The notes beneath the pieces are model-generated. The model worked only from the letters and a program-made list of their open reading frames with translations, was not told the DNA's origin and ran no database searches. The translations under genes and the position numbers were made by a program. Positions 26,043 through 35,823 of a stretch of DNA of 64,000 nucleotides are shown one piece after another (within the stretch, counting starts at the first letter, position 1; each line of letters begins with the position of its first letter). Location: contig JBGQMB010000001.1 in the NCBI GenBank assembly GCA_041500405.1, forward strand, positions 9,490-73,489, written 5' to 3'. The DNA comes from Candidatus Micrarchaeia archaeon. Its GTDB lineage: Archaea > Micrarchaeota > Micrarchaeia > Anstonellales > J096.

Positions 26043-27334
26043 TCATGATGTCGCAAAAAACATTGCCGTTCACAAAGCACCAGGTAGAAAAGCTGGCGCA
26101 ATGCCAGCCTACGCCGTTCTACATTTACCACGAAAAGGGAATAAAGGAGACCGCAGGGGGGCTGAACAGCGCATTTTCTTGGGTTCCAAGGGGATTCAGG
26201 AACTATTTTGCTTTCAAGGCCTGCCCAAACCTCTTCATACTGGAAAGGCTGAAAAAACAGGGACTCGGCGCTGACTGCAGTTCTATGTCTGAACTGCAAA
26301 TGGCTGAAATGGTCGGGATGAAGGGCGAGGACATAATGTTCACGTCCAACGACACGCCTGCCGAGGAGTTCCAGTATGCAAAGGAGCTTGGAGCGATAAT
26401 AAATTTGGATGACATCAGCCACCTGCCTTTCCTTGAGGAGTATTGTGGCGGCCTTCCAGACCTGCTTTGCTTCAGGCTCAACCCAGGCAAGATTGTCCAA
26501 GGGAACAAGATCATAGGGCAGCCGGAAGAGGCGAAATATGGGCTGACACCCGACCAGCTTTTCAAGGCATACAAAATCGCGAAAGCCAAGGGCGTGAAAA
26601 GGTTCGGCATTCATATGATGGTGGCGTCCAACGAGCTGGACCCGCAAAAGTTCATTGACGACGTAAGGATGCTTGTCGAAATACAGCTAAAGCTGAAAAA
26701 GGACTTTTCAATAAACCTGGAATTCATCAACAGGGGCGGCGGAATAGGCATAGCCTACAGGCCAGAGCAGAATGATGTCGATCTTGACTTTGTTTCAGAA
26801 GGGATAAGGAAGGAATTTTCCAGGCTTGAAGGCATAGTTGATCCCATGCCAAGGCTGTTCATGGAATGCGGAAGGATGATTACTGGGCCGCACGGCTACC
26901 TTGTATCAACTGTCAGGCACATAAAACACATATACAGGGACTATGTCGGCCTTGACGCATGCATGGCGAACCTGATGAGGCCTGCGCTTTATGGGTCATA
27001 CCACCACATAACCGTGATGGGCAAGGAGAACATGCCGCTGGACCACATTTACGACGTCACTGGCTCGCTTTGCGAGAACAATGACAAGTTTGCAATCCAG
27101 AGGCCGTTGCCGGAGATTGTGCCTGGAGACATCGTTGTCATCCACGACGCGGGCGCTCATGGATATGCGATGGGCTTTCAGTACAATGGCAAGCTCAGGT
27201 GCGCGGAGTTCCTGCTAAGGGAAAAGGACGGAGAATTCCAGATGATAAGACGGGCAGAAACAACTTCGGACTACCTCTCGACTTTCGACTTCGAGGGCTC
27301 AAAGTTCCGCGATGCGGTAAGGGAGATGGAATAA
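26039..27334 (+). CDS. lysA: diaminopimelate decarboxylase (Orn/DAP/Arg decarboxylase family 2)
   Basis: PLP-Lys region YFAFKACPN, Gly-rich loop NRGGGIGIAY, EPGR-like MECGRMITG, CESND substrate motif. Overlaps the dapL stop by 4 nt. Confidence 0.8.
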   Translation: MIMMSQKTLPFTKHQVEKLAQCQPTPFYIYHEKGIKETAGGLNSAFSWVPRGFRNYFAFKACPNLFILERLKKQGLGADCSSMSELQMAEMVGMKGEDIMFTSNDTPAEEFQYAKELGAIINLDDISHLPFLEEYCGGLPDLLCFRLNPGKIVQGNKIIGQPEEAKYGLTPDQLFKAYKIAKAKGVKRFGIHMMVASNELDPQKFIDDVRMLVEIQLKLKKDFSINLEFINRGGGIGIAYRPEQNDVDLDFVSEGIRKEFSRLEGIVDPMPRLFMECGRMITGPHGYLVSTVRHIKHIYRDYVGLDACMANLMRPALYGSYHHITVMGKENMPLDHIYDVTGSLCENNDKFAIQRPLPEIVPGDIVVIHDAGAHGYAMGFQYNGKLRCAEFLLREKDGEFQMIRRAETTSDYLSTFDFEGSKFRDAVREME

Positions 27335-27371
27335 ACTCCCTTTTTTAAATTTTCCCGAACAATCCAATTGC

Positions 27372-28103
27372 ATGATTTACGTTGTTGATATAGACGGGAC
27401 CATTTTCATAGAGGGCGTCGGGGCGATTGACGGCGCCGTTGAATTTGTTGAAAAATTAAAGAAAAAGGGCCCGGTCTACATAATGACCAACAACTCCACC
27501 CAGTCGTCCATCCAAATAGCAGAGAAAGTATATCCGGTCAAGGTTGATGCGGCGCATATACTTTCAACGCTCCCGATGGTGGAATATGTCATAAAAAGGG
27601 ACAATATCAAAAGCGCATTCTATATAGGCAACTTCGTGCTTGAGCAGTTCATACTCAACTCGGGGTCAAGGATAAGCGACAAGGAGGCGGATGCGGTCTT
27701 TATAGGCTACACCAAGAACCCGAAATTCGCGAACATAACAAAGGCGGCAAGGCTTTTGAGAAAAGGCGCGAGGCTCTATGCGCTCGGCATCGACTCTTTT
27801 TACCCAATATTCGGCAGGCCGACGCCTGGCGTGGGCTACCTTGTGGGCTCGTTCGAGTACCTTTCAGGGCAAAAGCCGACGCTGCTCGGAAAGCCGGGCA
27901 CAACAATGCTGGACTTCATAGTCCACAAGGAAAAGGCGAAAAAGGAGGACATCATTGTCATTGGCGACAATCCGGAAACTGACATGAGAATGGCAAACGC
28001 CTACGGATGCAGGGGCATATTGGTTGGAAAAAGGGAGGACAAGCGCGCGACCTGGTGCGTAAGGGACCTGAAATCTGCCATGCAGATAATAGAGAAACTA
28101 TGA
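27372..28103 (+). CDS. HAD-superfamily hydrolase, subfamily IIA (NagD-like)
   Basis: DIDGTIF (motif I DxDGT), GDNPETDM (motif IV). 243 aa. Confidence 0.7.
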   Translation: MIYVVDIDGTIFIEGVGAIDGAVEFVEKLKKKGPVYIMTNNSTQSSIQIAEKVYPVKVDAAHILSTLPMVEYVIKRDNIKSAFYIGNFVLEQFILNSGSRISDKEADAVFIGYTKNPKFANITKAARLLRKGARLYALGIDSFYPIFGRPTPGVGYLVGSFEYLSGQKPTLLGKPGTTMLDFIVHKEKAKKEDIIVIGDNPETDMRMANAYGCRGILVGKREDKRATWCVRDLKSAMQIIEKL

Positions 28104-29180
28104 CTTGTCGAACGCTTCCATTATCTTTTCCGCGCTTCCTTTGTATTTTATCCCGCGCCTGTCAAAATGGGCCTTTGTCGCGCTTCCGCCCATCTTTTTG
28201 AAGCTGTTTATGACATCTTCTGTCTTCGGCGGGCTCATTTTCCTGTATTTTGACGCGTCTGAAAGCGAAAGGAAGAATGGCGGATAGCCCAGTTCGCCCT
28301 TTATCAATTCCAGCATGCGCTTTGCCTCCCCGTCCGCGTTCTTCAGCGCTTTTTTGGCTATGTTCCTGTCCGCAAGGTCTCCCGTCCACAGCGGGCCGGC
28401 ATAATCGTAATATTTTTTTTCGATTATCGGCTTTTTTGACGTTTTCACAAAAACGGAATCCTTGTCAAGCGCAAAAACATACCCGAGATTTTCCAGGTTC
28501 GCGTCGCAATGCTCCGCCCCGCGCCTCAATCTCAGGATTATCTTCATCTGGTGCCTGTAATAGAAGCACAGCAGCGGCTCTATCCCGAAATTAAACTCAT
28601 GCGCGCTTTCCATAACCCTTTTGACCAATATCCTCAACCCTGTTTCGTGGCAGAACTCGTTGAGCATGGGCTTTGAATGGTAATTTTTTATGCACGGTTT
28701 TGGGTGAGTCCCGCAGAGCACCGCGGTGTCGGTCGCGGTTGCGGAAATGTACGCAACCTTTTCCCTGCGCATCGCCCTTATTGCGGAATGCAGTGACGGA
28801 ACCGGGCTTCCGAATGGGTCAAGGTCTATGAAATTGTATTTTCCGTATCCGTCATTCAGCATGTATCTTATCGCATCAGACTTAATCACGTTTCCATTTA
28901 TTTTGTGCTTCTTCAGGTTTTTCTTCAACGATTTCACCGCGTTTGGCTCGGCGTCAACAAAGTCAACGCTTTCAACGTTTTTGCATTCAAGCGCATAGCG
29001 CATGCCCCTTATGCCTGATGCGGCGAACGCGTCAAGCACCCTGAGCTTGTCATCTATCTCATTGATTGCAAGCGAGGAAAGGGTCCTGCTGAGCTCCATG
29101 AAGGGGTTGTAGAACACGTTTTTTCCAATATGGAAAATAAGCCCGTTTTCTGTTATTGCCTTTGCGCCCTGGGATGCCAC
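28098..29180 (-). CDS. trm1: tRNA (guanine26-N2)-dimethyltransferase Trm1
   Basis: LDAFAASGIRGMRYALE and IDLDPFGSPVPSLHSAIRAM match the Trm1 SAM-binding and catalytic motifs. 360 aa. Confidence 0.8.
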   Translation of the reverse strand: MASQGAKAITENGLIFHIGKNVFYNPFMELSRTLSSLAINEIDDKLRVLDAFAASGIRGMRYALECKNVESVDFVDAEPNAVKSLKKNLKKHKINGNVIKSDAIRYMLNDGYGKYNFIDLDPFGSPVPSLHSAIRAMRREKVAYISATATDTAVLCGTHPKPCIKNYHSKPMLNEFCHETGLRILVKRVMESAHEFNFGIEPLLCFYYRHQMKIILRLRRGAEHCDANLENLGYVFALDKDSVFVKTSKKPIIEKKYYDYAGPLWTGDLADRNIAKKALKNADGEAKRMLELIKGELGYPPFFLSLSDASKYRKMSPPKTEDVINSFKKMGGSATKAHFDRRGIKYKGSAEKIMEAFDKS

Positions 29181-29851
29181 TATTCAAGCGCCCCAAGAAT
29201 CCTTGTGAGCAGCATGTCTGGCGCAAGCGTCCCATCAAAGCCGTCAACAGGCTTTCCGTTCGCAATGACAACAGTCCTCGGGACGTGCCTTACGCCGTTC
29301 TTGTCCGCCCATTCGCTGAACTCCACGGCCTCAACTCCGCATCCCATGACGTTCTTGTTCAGTATCGCCATGGCGTGCGCGAGCCTCACAGCTCCGGGGC
29401 AATACGGGCACTGCGGGGTCACGAAAACATCCAGCCTAAGCGGAACATTTATGGACGCAATCTTCTTTTTCAGGTCTTCCGGGAATTCTACGGTTTCCCC
29501 TTTCGAGACTTCCACTATGGTTGCAAGGAAACCGCCGAATTCATGGCCGGACGGTATGCCGTAAAACCTGACCTTTCCCTTGTTCTTGCCATCAAAAATT
29601 ACCAGCGGCGCGCGGTCTGCGCCGTATTTTTCCGCGGCGGCCTTGTCGCTTATCAGGTGCTTTTCAACCTCTATCTTGTCGCCAGCGCCCTTTATCTCGT
29701 CAAGCAGCATGGCTATGTCATTGCAGTATGTGCAGTTGTCCCCGCTGTCAAAATAGACAAGCTTTATCCTGTTTTCCATCCCCCTGAGGAAGTTCTTTAC
29801 CTCGTTCTTCGTGTTTTCGTCAAGCAGCGGCATAGCGGCACCCATTTCCAA
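29180..29851 (-). CDS. protein disulfide oxidoreductase (two thioredoxin folds, two CxxC sites)
   Basis: CTYC and CPYC active-site motifs in two Trx-like halves. 223 aa. Typical archaeal PDO/glutaredoxin-like protein. Confidence 0.7.
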   Translation of the reverse strand: MEMGAAMPLLDENTKNEVKNFLRGMENRIKLVYFDSGDNCTYCNDIAMLLDEIKGAGDKIEVEKHLISDKAAAEKYGADRAPLVIFDGKNKGKVRFYGIPSGHEFGGFLATIVEVSKGETVEFPEDLKKKIASINVPLRLDVFVTPQCPYCPGAVRLAHAMAILNKNVMGCGVEAVEFSEWADKNGVRHVPRTVVIANGKPVDGFDGTLAPDMLLTRILGALE

Positions 29852-29971
29852 AATATAAAGAACTCTTGCGAACAGAGTGTTTAAATAATTTCCGAACGCC
29901 CGCGCCGCGTCCCGGAATGTTTGCGCACCCTTTAAAATCTTAACGCTGCTTATTCCACCTGCTAAGGTGCA

Positions 29972-30382
29972 TTGATGGAAAATTACGAGAAGCTTCTTGA
30001 CAACGTCTATGGAAAGCTCAACTCCGAAAAGGCAAAACCCGGGGAAAGGTTCGAGATGCCGCCCCTTGACGTTCTCAATGAGGGAAAGAACAAGACTATC
30101 GTTAAAAACTTCAAAAGGATATGCGACGCCGTAAGGAGGGACCCGGCGATGCTGTCCAGGTACATTTCAAGGGAGGTCGGCGCGCCCGTCGATTTGGACG
30201 GCGAACGGCTCATCATACACAGGAGGGTGATGGGCATGGTCCTGCAGAAGAGGCTTGACTTCTTCGTTAAGGAATACGTGATATGCCAGCAGTGCGGAAA
30301 GCCCGACACCAACCTCGCGACAATAGAAAGGACAAAGATGCTCGTTTGCGAAAGCTGCGGGGCAAGAAGGCCGGTGAAATAA
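29972..30382 (+). CDS. translation initiation factor 2 beta subunit (aIF-2 beta)
   Basis: C-terminal C4 zinc ribbon CQQCGKPDT...CESCGA and the conserved helical core. 136 aa. Confidence 0.85.
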   Translation: MMENYEKLLDNVYGKLNSEKAKPGERFEMPPLDVLNEGKNKTIVKNFKRICDAVRRDPAMLSRYISREVGAPVDLDGERLIIHRRVMGMVLQKRLDFFVKEYVICQQCGKPDTNLATIERTKMLVCESCGARRPVK

Positions 30383-30723
30383 TGGGAAGGAAAGAAAGGG
30401 AAAAGCAAGCGGCGGCAATGAAGAACACTGTCTTCAGGGTAAGGATGCCAAGGAAAGAGGACGAGGAGATGTTCGGCATTGTCGTTTCAACGCTCGGCGG
30501 GGCAAGGATGCTCGTTGTCTGCGAGGACGGCAAGGAAAGGATTTGCAGGATACCCGGCAAGATAAAGAACAGGGTCTGGGTCAAGGAAGGGGACTATGTC
30601 GTGATCCAGCTTTGGGACGCGGAGAAGGACAGGAAAGCGGACATTGTCTGGAGATACAGGGACAACGAGTCCAAGTTCCTGAAGTCAAGGGGATTCCTGG
30701 ACTTCCTCGGAGCCTCCCAGTAG
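30382..30723 (+). CDS. translation initiation factor 1A (aIF-1A)
   Basis: S1-like OB fold FGIVVSTLGGARMLVVCEDGKERICRIPGKIKNRVWVKEGDYVV typical of eIF-1A. Start at MGRKER overlaps the aIF-2 beta stop by 1 nt; the track ORF 30283.. is an upstream extension. Confidence 0.75.
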   Translation: MGRKEREKQAAAMKNTVFRVRMPRKEDEEMFGIVVSTLGGARMLVVCEDGKERICRIPGKIKNRVWVKEGDYVVIQLWDAEKDRKADIVWRYRDNESKFLKSRGFLDFLGASQ

Positions 30724-30768
30724 GGCCTTTCCAAAATTCTTATAAACAGTTGGGATGCATATCAGCGC

Positions 30769-31269
30769 ATGCAAAGCTTTGACATAATTGCGCTTTTCCT
30801 GCTGCTGGTGCTGCCGGCATACATAGCAAATGCCATTCCCGTCGTTCTTGGGGGCGGAAAGTCCTTTGACGAGCTGCTGAAAGCCAGGCTATTTGGCAAG
30901 AACAAGACCATCAGGGGATTTGTTTCAGGCCTTGTTTTCGGGACATTGGCGGCATTCGCGGTTGCGATGGCGCTTCCGGCCTCCATGGTGGCGCCGTACA
31001 TCGCATTTGGTTTTCTTTCCTCGCTTGGAACAATGGCAGGGGACCTGCTTGGCAGCTTCATAAAAAGGAAATCCAAAATCGAGGAGGGCAAGCCGTTCTT
31101 CCTTGACCAGGTGCTTTTCATAATACTGGCCATGGCCTTTGGCTATCCGGTGCTGGGAAGCTATTACACGATTGAGCTGATGGCCGCAATCCTCATCCTG
31201 ACATATGTTTTCCATGTGCTTTTCAACATAATAGCCAACAGGCTCGGAATCAAGAAAGTTCCTTGGTAG
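30769..31269 (+). CDS. carS: CDP-archaeol synthase (CarS, DUF46 family)
   Basis: 166 aa, about 5 TM helices. GKNKTIRGFVSG resembles the CTP-transferase KTWEG motif. Size and topology fit CarS. Confidence 0.6.
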   Translation: MQSFDIIALFLLLVLPAYIANAIPVVLGGGKSFDELLKARLFGKNKTIRGFVSGLVFGTLAAFAVAMALPASMVAPYIAFGFLSSLGTMAGDLLGSFIKRKSKIEEGKPFFLDQVLFIILAMAFGYPVLGSYYTIELMAAILILTYVFHVLFNIIANRLGIKKVPW

Positions 31270-31270
31270 T

Positions 31271-32476
31271 TCAGCGCATTGCATCTATCGCGTTTATGGA
31301 CGCGGCGCTCCTTGCAGGGAGTATTCCGGCAACAACGCCGACAAGCACGCCCATGGCAATAGCTATTATGACGACAAAAGAATCGACCTCAAAAGGGATG
31401 CCATAGACTGCCTTCACAGTATATCCAACGGCCGTTCCGAATAGTGCGCCAAGCGCGGCGCCGGTCATGGACAGCGTGACAGATTCCAGCAGGAATATGC
31501 CGATGATGTCCTTCCTTTTTGCGCCAAGCGCCTTCATTATGCCTATCTCCTTTCTTCTCCTGAAAACGGACGTGAACATGGTGTTGCCTATTCCGACTGC
31601 GCTTACAAGGCTGGCTATGAGGCCGACTGCGGTAGCCCCGATGTACAGTATATTGAGCGACTGGTTGGCCATGTCTATTATGAACTTGGTCGTTATCACG
31701 CTGAAGCCGGCGTTGTCCAGGCTCACGCCCATCCTCCTTGCCAGCAGAGTCTCTATCTGGCTTTTCGTGTCGTCAATGTTGCATCCCTCGCCCACCTTAA
31801 GGATGGCCGCGTCCCTCTTGCCCTGCTTGTCGAACAGCGTTTCTGCCTCGCGTACCGGTATGTATATCTGTTCGTCGTCCGTCTGGCTGTAGGATGTCCC
31901 GACCTTGGTGAGCGTTCCGACCACCCTGAACGTCCTGTTGCCTATCATTATCGACTTGCCGGGCAGGATTTCCTCGCTGAAAATGGTGTTTGCGACCGCA
32001 TATGCCAGGACCGCGGACGTGGTTTCCGTGTCCTTGAACACCCTTCCCTTTGCGACCTGCTGGTAATCGGGGTACATCGTGAAATAATTGTCAGAAAGCC
32101 CCATCACCAGTATGCTGGCCTCCTCGTCCCCGTAATAGATGTTCTGCTTTTTGTATACCATCTCGCATACGCTCTCCACGCAAGTTAGCCCCTTTATTGC
32201 GGTTATGTCAGCGTTGCTGAATTCCGTTATGGCGCTGAATGCCCCCCCAACGCCGCTGCCCACCATCTTGTTCATGTTGAACGGCATCACTATTATCTGG
32301 TCGGTGCCGATTTGCATTATCAGGGACTGGACATCCATTATTATCCCCCTGCCGACCCCGAGGATTATGACAGCGGTGAAAAGGCCCAAGAATATGCCTA
32401 TCAGCGTGAGCATGCTCCTGAGGCTGTCTCTTCTGAGCGCATCCACCACAAAGCCCAGCATATGGCCCAATCTCAT
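31271..32476 (-). CDS. ABC transporter permease, FtsX/MacB-like
   Basis: 401 aa. N-terminal TM, large extracytoplasmic domain, C-terminal FtsX-type 3-TM bundle (IMKALGAKRKDIIGIFLLES...). Paralog of the next gene. Confidence 0.8.
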   Translation of the reverse strand: MRLGHMLGFVVDALRRDSLRSMLTLIGIFLGLFTAVIILGVGRGIIMDVQSLIMQIGTDQIIVMPFNMNKMVGSGVGGAFSAITEFSNADITAIKGLTCVESVCEMVYKKQNIYYGDEEASILVMGLSDNYFTMYPDYQQVAKGRVFKDTETTSAVLAYAVANTIFSEEILPGKSIMIGNRTFRVVGTLTKVGTSYSQTDDEQIYIPVREAETLFDKQGKRDAAILKVGEGCNIDDTKSQIETLLARRMGVSLDNAGFSVITTKFIIDMANQSLNILYIGATAVGLIASLVSAVGIGNTMFTSVFRRRKEIGIMKALGAKRKDIIGIFLLESVTLSMTGAALGALFGTAVGYTVKAVYGIPFEVDSFVVIIAIAMGVLVGVVAGILPARSAASINAIDAMR

Positions 32477-32477
32477 G

Positions 32478-33683
32478 CTACTCGTACCTCAGGGCCTCTG
32501 CGGCGTTTATGCCTGACGCTATCTTCGCGGGAACGTATGACGCAACGCCTGAGCCGATTGTTATGAACACGATTGCCAGCCCCGTCTGCAAATATTCTAT
32601 TGAAAATGGCACCCAGGGGGCTATCAGGGTTCCCAACCCAATCCCCACAGCCGCGCCAACCACAGACCCGATGAAGCCAAGGCCCGCGCCCTCAAGAAGG
32701 TATATCGCCAGTATCTCTGACCTTTTTGCGCCTATGGACTTCATTATGGCTATCTCCTTTGTCCTGTCGATGACGTTCATGTACATCGTGTTTCCAACGC
32801 CGACAAGGCCGATTATCACGGATATTGAGGCGACCGCAATGAAGAATAGGTTAAGGGTTCCCAGTATCTTGTCCATCTGGCTGTTTATGAACGCCGGGGT
32901 TATCACAGTGAACCATTTGTCGTCCTCGCTGGTTATTTTTTTGTAGAACATCAGCGTTCTCTCTATCTCTGCTCCAACGGAGTTGGAGTCGTATCCGGGG
33001 CTTGTCTTCACCACAATGGCGCCTATCTGGTCGCTTCCGTACGTGCTGTTGTAGAACTCCCTGCCCGTTTCGTACGGTATGTAAACAAGGTTGTCCAGGT
33101 TTGCGGCCGGATTGCCGGTCTCGTTGAGTATCCCGACCAGCGTGAACGTCCTGTTGTTGAGCACGATTTTCTTTCCGATGTTTATTTTCCCGCCAAGGTT
33201 TTCGTTGACGTTGCTCCCAAAGACCATCTCAAACCTGCCCGTGCTGAGCCACCTGCCCTCATTCACTATTATTCCAGTTAAAATTTCATCGGCATCCTCC
33301 GAAATCGCATAAACAGAGACCTCGAATTCCTTGTCTTTGTATTCCATCTTTGAGGTCCCGCTCAGCACCGGGATGGCCTTCTTCACGCCCTCCACCATCA
33401 GGATTTTCTTTATGTCGCTTTCCGTGAACCTGTCGGTCTGCACGCTGAACTGCGTCGCTGAAATAGACGCTATGCTCTGGGTGCTGATTGGTATTATAGT
33501 AATGACGTCTGTTCCAATGAACTTCAGCTTTGACATGACGCTCTCCTCTGTTCCCTTGGAGATGCCTGTCAGAAGCGCCACGCTGAACACGCCTATCACT
33601 ATCGCCGTAAGCGTGAGCAGCGTCCTTATGTTGGAGTAGCCCATCGACTTCAGGGCGAACTTCCCTATTGACTCGCGCTTCAT
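32478..33683 (-). CDS. ABC transporter permease, FtsX/MacB-like (paralog)
   Basis: 401 aa, same architecture (IMKSIGAKRSEILAIYLLEG...). Confidence 0.8.
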   Translation of the reverse strand: MKRESIGKFALKSMGYSNIRTLLTLTAIVIGVFSVALLTGISKGTEESVMSKLKFIGTDVITIIPISTQSIASISATQFSVQTDRFTESDIKKILMVEGVKKAIPVLSGTSKMEYKDKEFEVSVYAISEDADEILTGIIVNEGRWLSTGRFEMVFGSNVNENLGGKINIGKKIVLNNRTFTLVGILNETGNPAANLDNLVYIPYETGREFYNSTYGSDQIGAIVVKTSPGYDSNSVGAEIERTLMFYKKITSEDDKWFTVITPAFINSQMDKILGTLNLFFIAVASISVIIGLVGVGNTMYMNVIDRTKEIAIMKSIGAKRSEILAIYLLEGAGLGFIGSVVGAAVGIGLGTLIAPWVPFSIEYLQTGLAIVFITIGSGVASYVPAKIASGINAAEALRYE

Positions 33684-35137
33684 TTCTTCGCTTCCTTCCT
33701 TTTCCTGAACAGCAGGTATGCGGCAACCGCAACAACGGCTATGCCGATTATCATCAGCATGCCGCCGTCGCCCGATCTCTCCGCCGCCTTTATGTTTATT
33801 GGCACTTCTGTTGTCTTCACATGCTCAACGCCGGACGGGTCCTTGAAGCTGACCGTTATTTCCACGGAGCTGTTTGCCGGCGGGCTGCCCGCTACCCTTA
33901 TCTTGAATTGCTGGCTGCTGAAGTCGTCGTTGTTTATTGAGCCTATGAATTTTCTCTTCTCAACGTCCAGGACGTCGAAGCTGTTGGAGTCTATGCTGAC
34001 CGAGACGCCGTCCATCTCATAGCTGGCCTTGTTTGCCACAACCACGGAAAGCGTATGCTCGCCCCCCGCGGTAAGCGGGCTTGGGTTCGCCTCCATGTAA
34101 ATTTCTATGGGGTCGTCAGACCCGACGGATATCGGCACCCCGATGGTGTCGCTCTTTTCCTGGCCGTTTTCCTTCCAGCGCACGGTGAAGTTGACAACGT
34201 TCACTCCGGGATCAAGCGAGGTGTATGTCATTTCCGAGAATGATTCCTTCTGCCCGCTTGCCATGTCCCCGGCCTCTATCTCGCTGCTCTTCGTCAGGGT
34301 TATGCTGGAGCCTGGCGTTATCCTGATGTCCTGCGCCGCTTCTCCCTTGTTCTCGACAGTGAATGCCAGGGCGCCGCTCTTCCTGTTTGTTATTGTTCCT
34401 GTCTGGCTTATGACGAACCTGCCAGCCTCCTTGGAGATGCTCATCGGTATATAGACGGTTTCGGAATATCTACCGCCAAGCGTGTCCGAATAGCTGAGGT
34501 TGAACGCTATGTTGCCGGTCCCCTCATTCAGGCCGGATGAATCGTATTCCGCATTCACTGTTGTGCAGTTGCTCACGCTGCTGATGTATATCCTTCCGCC
34601 GTTAAGGTAAAGCTGCGACGAAATTTCAATGTTCTTCGGGCTTCCCTTCTTGGCGCAGACCGTCAATCCGATCGTGCCGCTCTTGCCTATGCTTTTCGGG
34701 CTCGCCTCAAGCGTAATTACCGGCTTCGAGACGACCTTGACTATAACGGCCGCGACCCCGCTGTCAATCTTGTCGCTCTTTGTCCCGCTCTCGTCGATCT
34801 TGGCAACGCCGGACACCGTTGCCGGCACAGTGTAAATGCCCTCCTGCGTGTTCGCCCCTATCGTAATGGGCACGGTCAGTATGGTGCTTCCGCCGCTTAT
34901 GGTGCCAAGGTTCTGGTAATAGTCCGTGAAAGACGAATACGACGTTATAGTGACAGCGCTGAACCCTGAAAGCGTCTCGCCGGACGCTAGGTTCGTCGTC
35001 ATCGCAACGTTCAATGTCGCATATCCAGAGTCCCCGGGCTCATAGCTGGCCTTGTCAGTAGACCAGGACGTTATCGTTATCCCAAACGACGCCACCATGA
35101 GCGCCGCCAACACAAACAACATGCAAAGTTTTTTCAT
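33680..35137 (-). CDS. large extracellular beta-rich protein with signal peptide and C-terminal TM anchor
   Basis: 485 aa. N-terminal MKKLCMLFVLAALMVASFG. Ser/Thr/Gly-rich body. C-terminal MLMIIGIAVVAVAAYLLFRKRKEAKK anchor. Start overlaps the ABC ATPase stop by 4 nt. Confidence 0.5.
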   Translation of the reverse strand: MKKLCMLFVLAALMVASFGITITSWSTDKASYEPGDSGYATLNVAMTTNLASGETLSGFSAVTITSYSSFTDYYQNLGTISGGSTILTVPITIGANTQEGIYTVPATVSGVAKIDESGTKSDKIDSGVAAVIVKVVSKPVITLEASPKSIGKSGTIGLTVCAKKGSPKNIEISSQLYLNGGRIYISSVSNCTTVNAEYDSSGLNEGTGNIAFNLSYSDTLGGRYSETVYIPMSISKEAGRFVISQTGTITNRKSGALAFTVENKGEAAQDIRITPGSSITLTKSSEIEAGDMASGQKESFSEMTYTSLDPGVNVVNFTVRWKENGQEKSDTIGVPISVGSDDPIEIYMEANPSPLTAGGEHTLSVVVANKASYEMDGVSVSIDSNSFDVLDVEKRKFIGSINNDDFSSQQFKIRVAGSPPANSSVEITVSFKDPSGVEHVKTTEVPINIKAAERSGDGGMLMIIGIAVVAVAAYLLFRKRKEAKK

Positions 35138-35823
35138 TTCTTTTCAACCTCTTTTTCTATTTTTCCATCCCTTAGGAATATAATCCTGTCGGCATGCGCC
35201 GTAAGGTCCGAGTCATGCGTGACTATCACGATTGTCTTTCCCTCGTCGTTGAGCTCCTGGAACAGCTCTATCACGTCCTCCCCGCTTTTGGAGTCCAGGT
35301 TTCCCGTAGGCTCGTCCGCAAGCAGGAAGGACGGCCTCATGCTAAGCGCCCTTGCTATCGCGACGCGCTGCTGCTGGCCCCCGCTGAGCTGGTTGGGCCT
35401 GTTCTGCAGCCTGTCGCCCATGCCGAGCCTTTTTAGCGTCTCTTCCGCAGTTTCCCTTGCCTCTTCGTCGTCAAAATCATAAATCTGCATCGGCAGCATG
35501 ACGTTCTCAACCGCGGTAAGCGACGGTATGAGGTTGAACGCCTGGAAAATGAACCCTATGTCCTTGCCCCTTTCCGCCGCGGCCTCGTCCTCAGTGAGCT
35601 TTGAGACATCCTTGTCGTTAAGGAACACCTTTCCCGTTGTCGGCGTGTCCAGCAGCCCCATCATGTGGAGCAAGGTTGACTTTCCGCTTCCGCTGGGCCC
35701 AAGTATTGTCAGCAATTCGCCTGGGTGCACCTCGAGGTCAATGTCCTTCAGCACGTGCGCCTTTATCACCGTGCTGTTGTATATCTTGTTGACATTCTCC
35801 AGCTTCATCGTGTGCTTGTGCAT
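35134..35823 (-). CDS. ABC transporter ATP-binding protein (MacB/LolD type)
   Basis: Walker A GPSGSGKST, Q-loop, signature LSGGQQQRVAIARAL, Walker B FLLADEPTGNLD, H-loop. 229 aa. Confidence 0.9.
   Translation of the reverse strand: MHKHTMKLENVNKIYNSTVIKAHVLKDIDLEVHPGELLTILGPSGSGKSTLLHMMGLLDTPTTGKVFLNDKDVSKLTEDEAAAERGKDIGFIFQAFNLIPSLTAVENVMLPMQIYDFDDEEARETAEETLKRLGMGDRLQNRPNQLSGGQQQRVAIARALSMRPSFLLADEPTGNLDSKSGEDVIELFQELNDEGKTIVIVTHDSDLTAHADRIIFLRDGKIEKEVEKK

Noticed and set aside
25913-26647. 244-aa minus ORF spanning the dapL/lysA junction
   Set aside because: Antisense to two well-supported PLP-enzyme genes.
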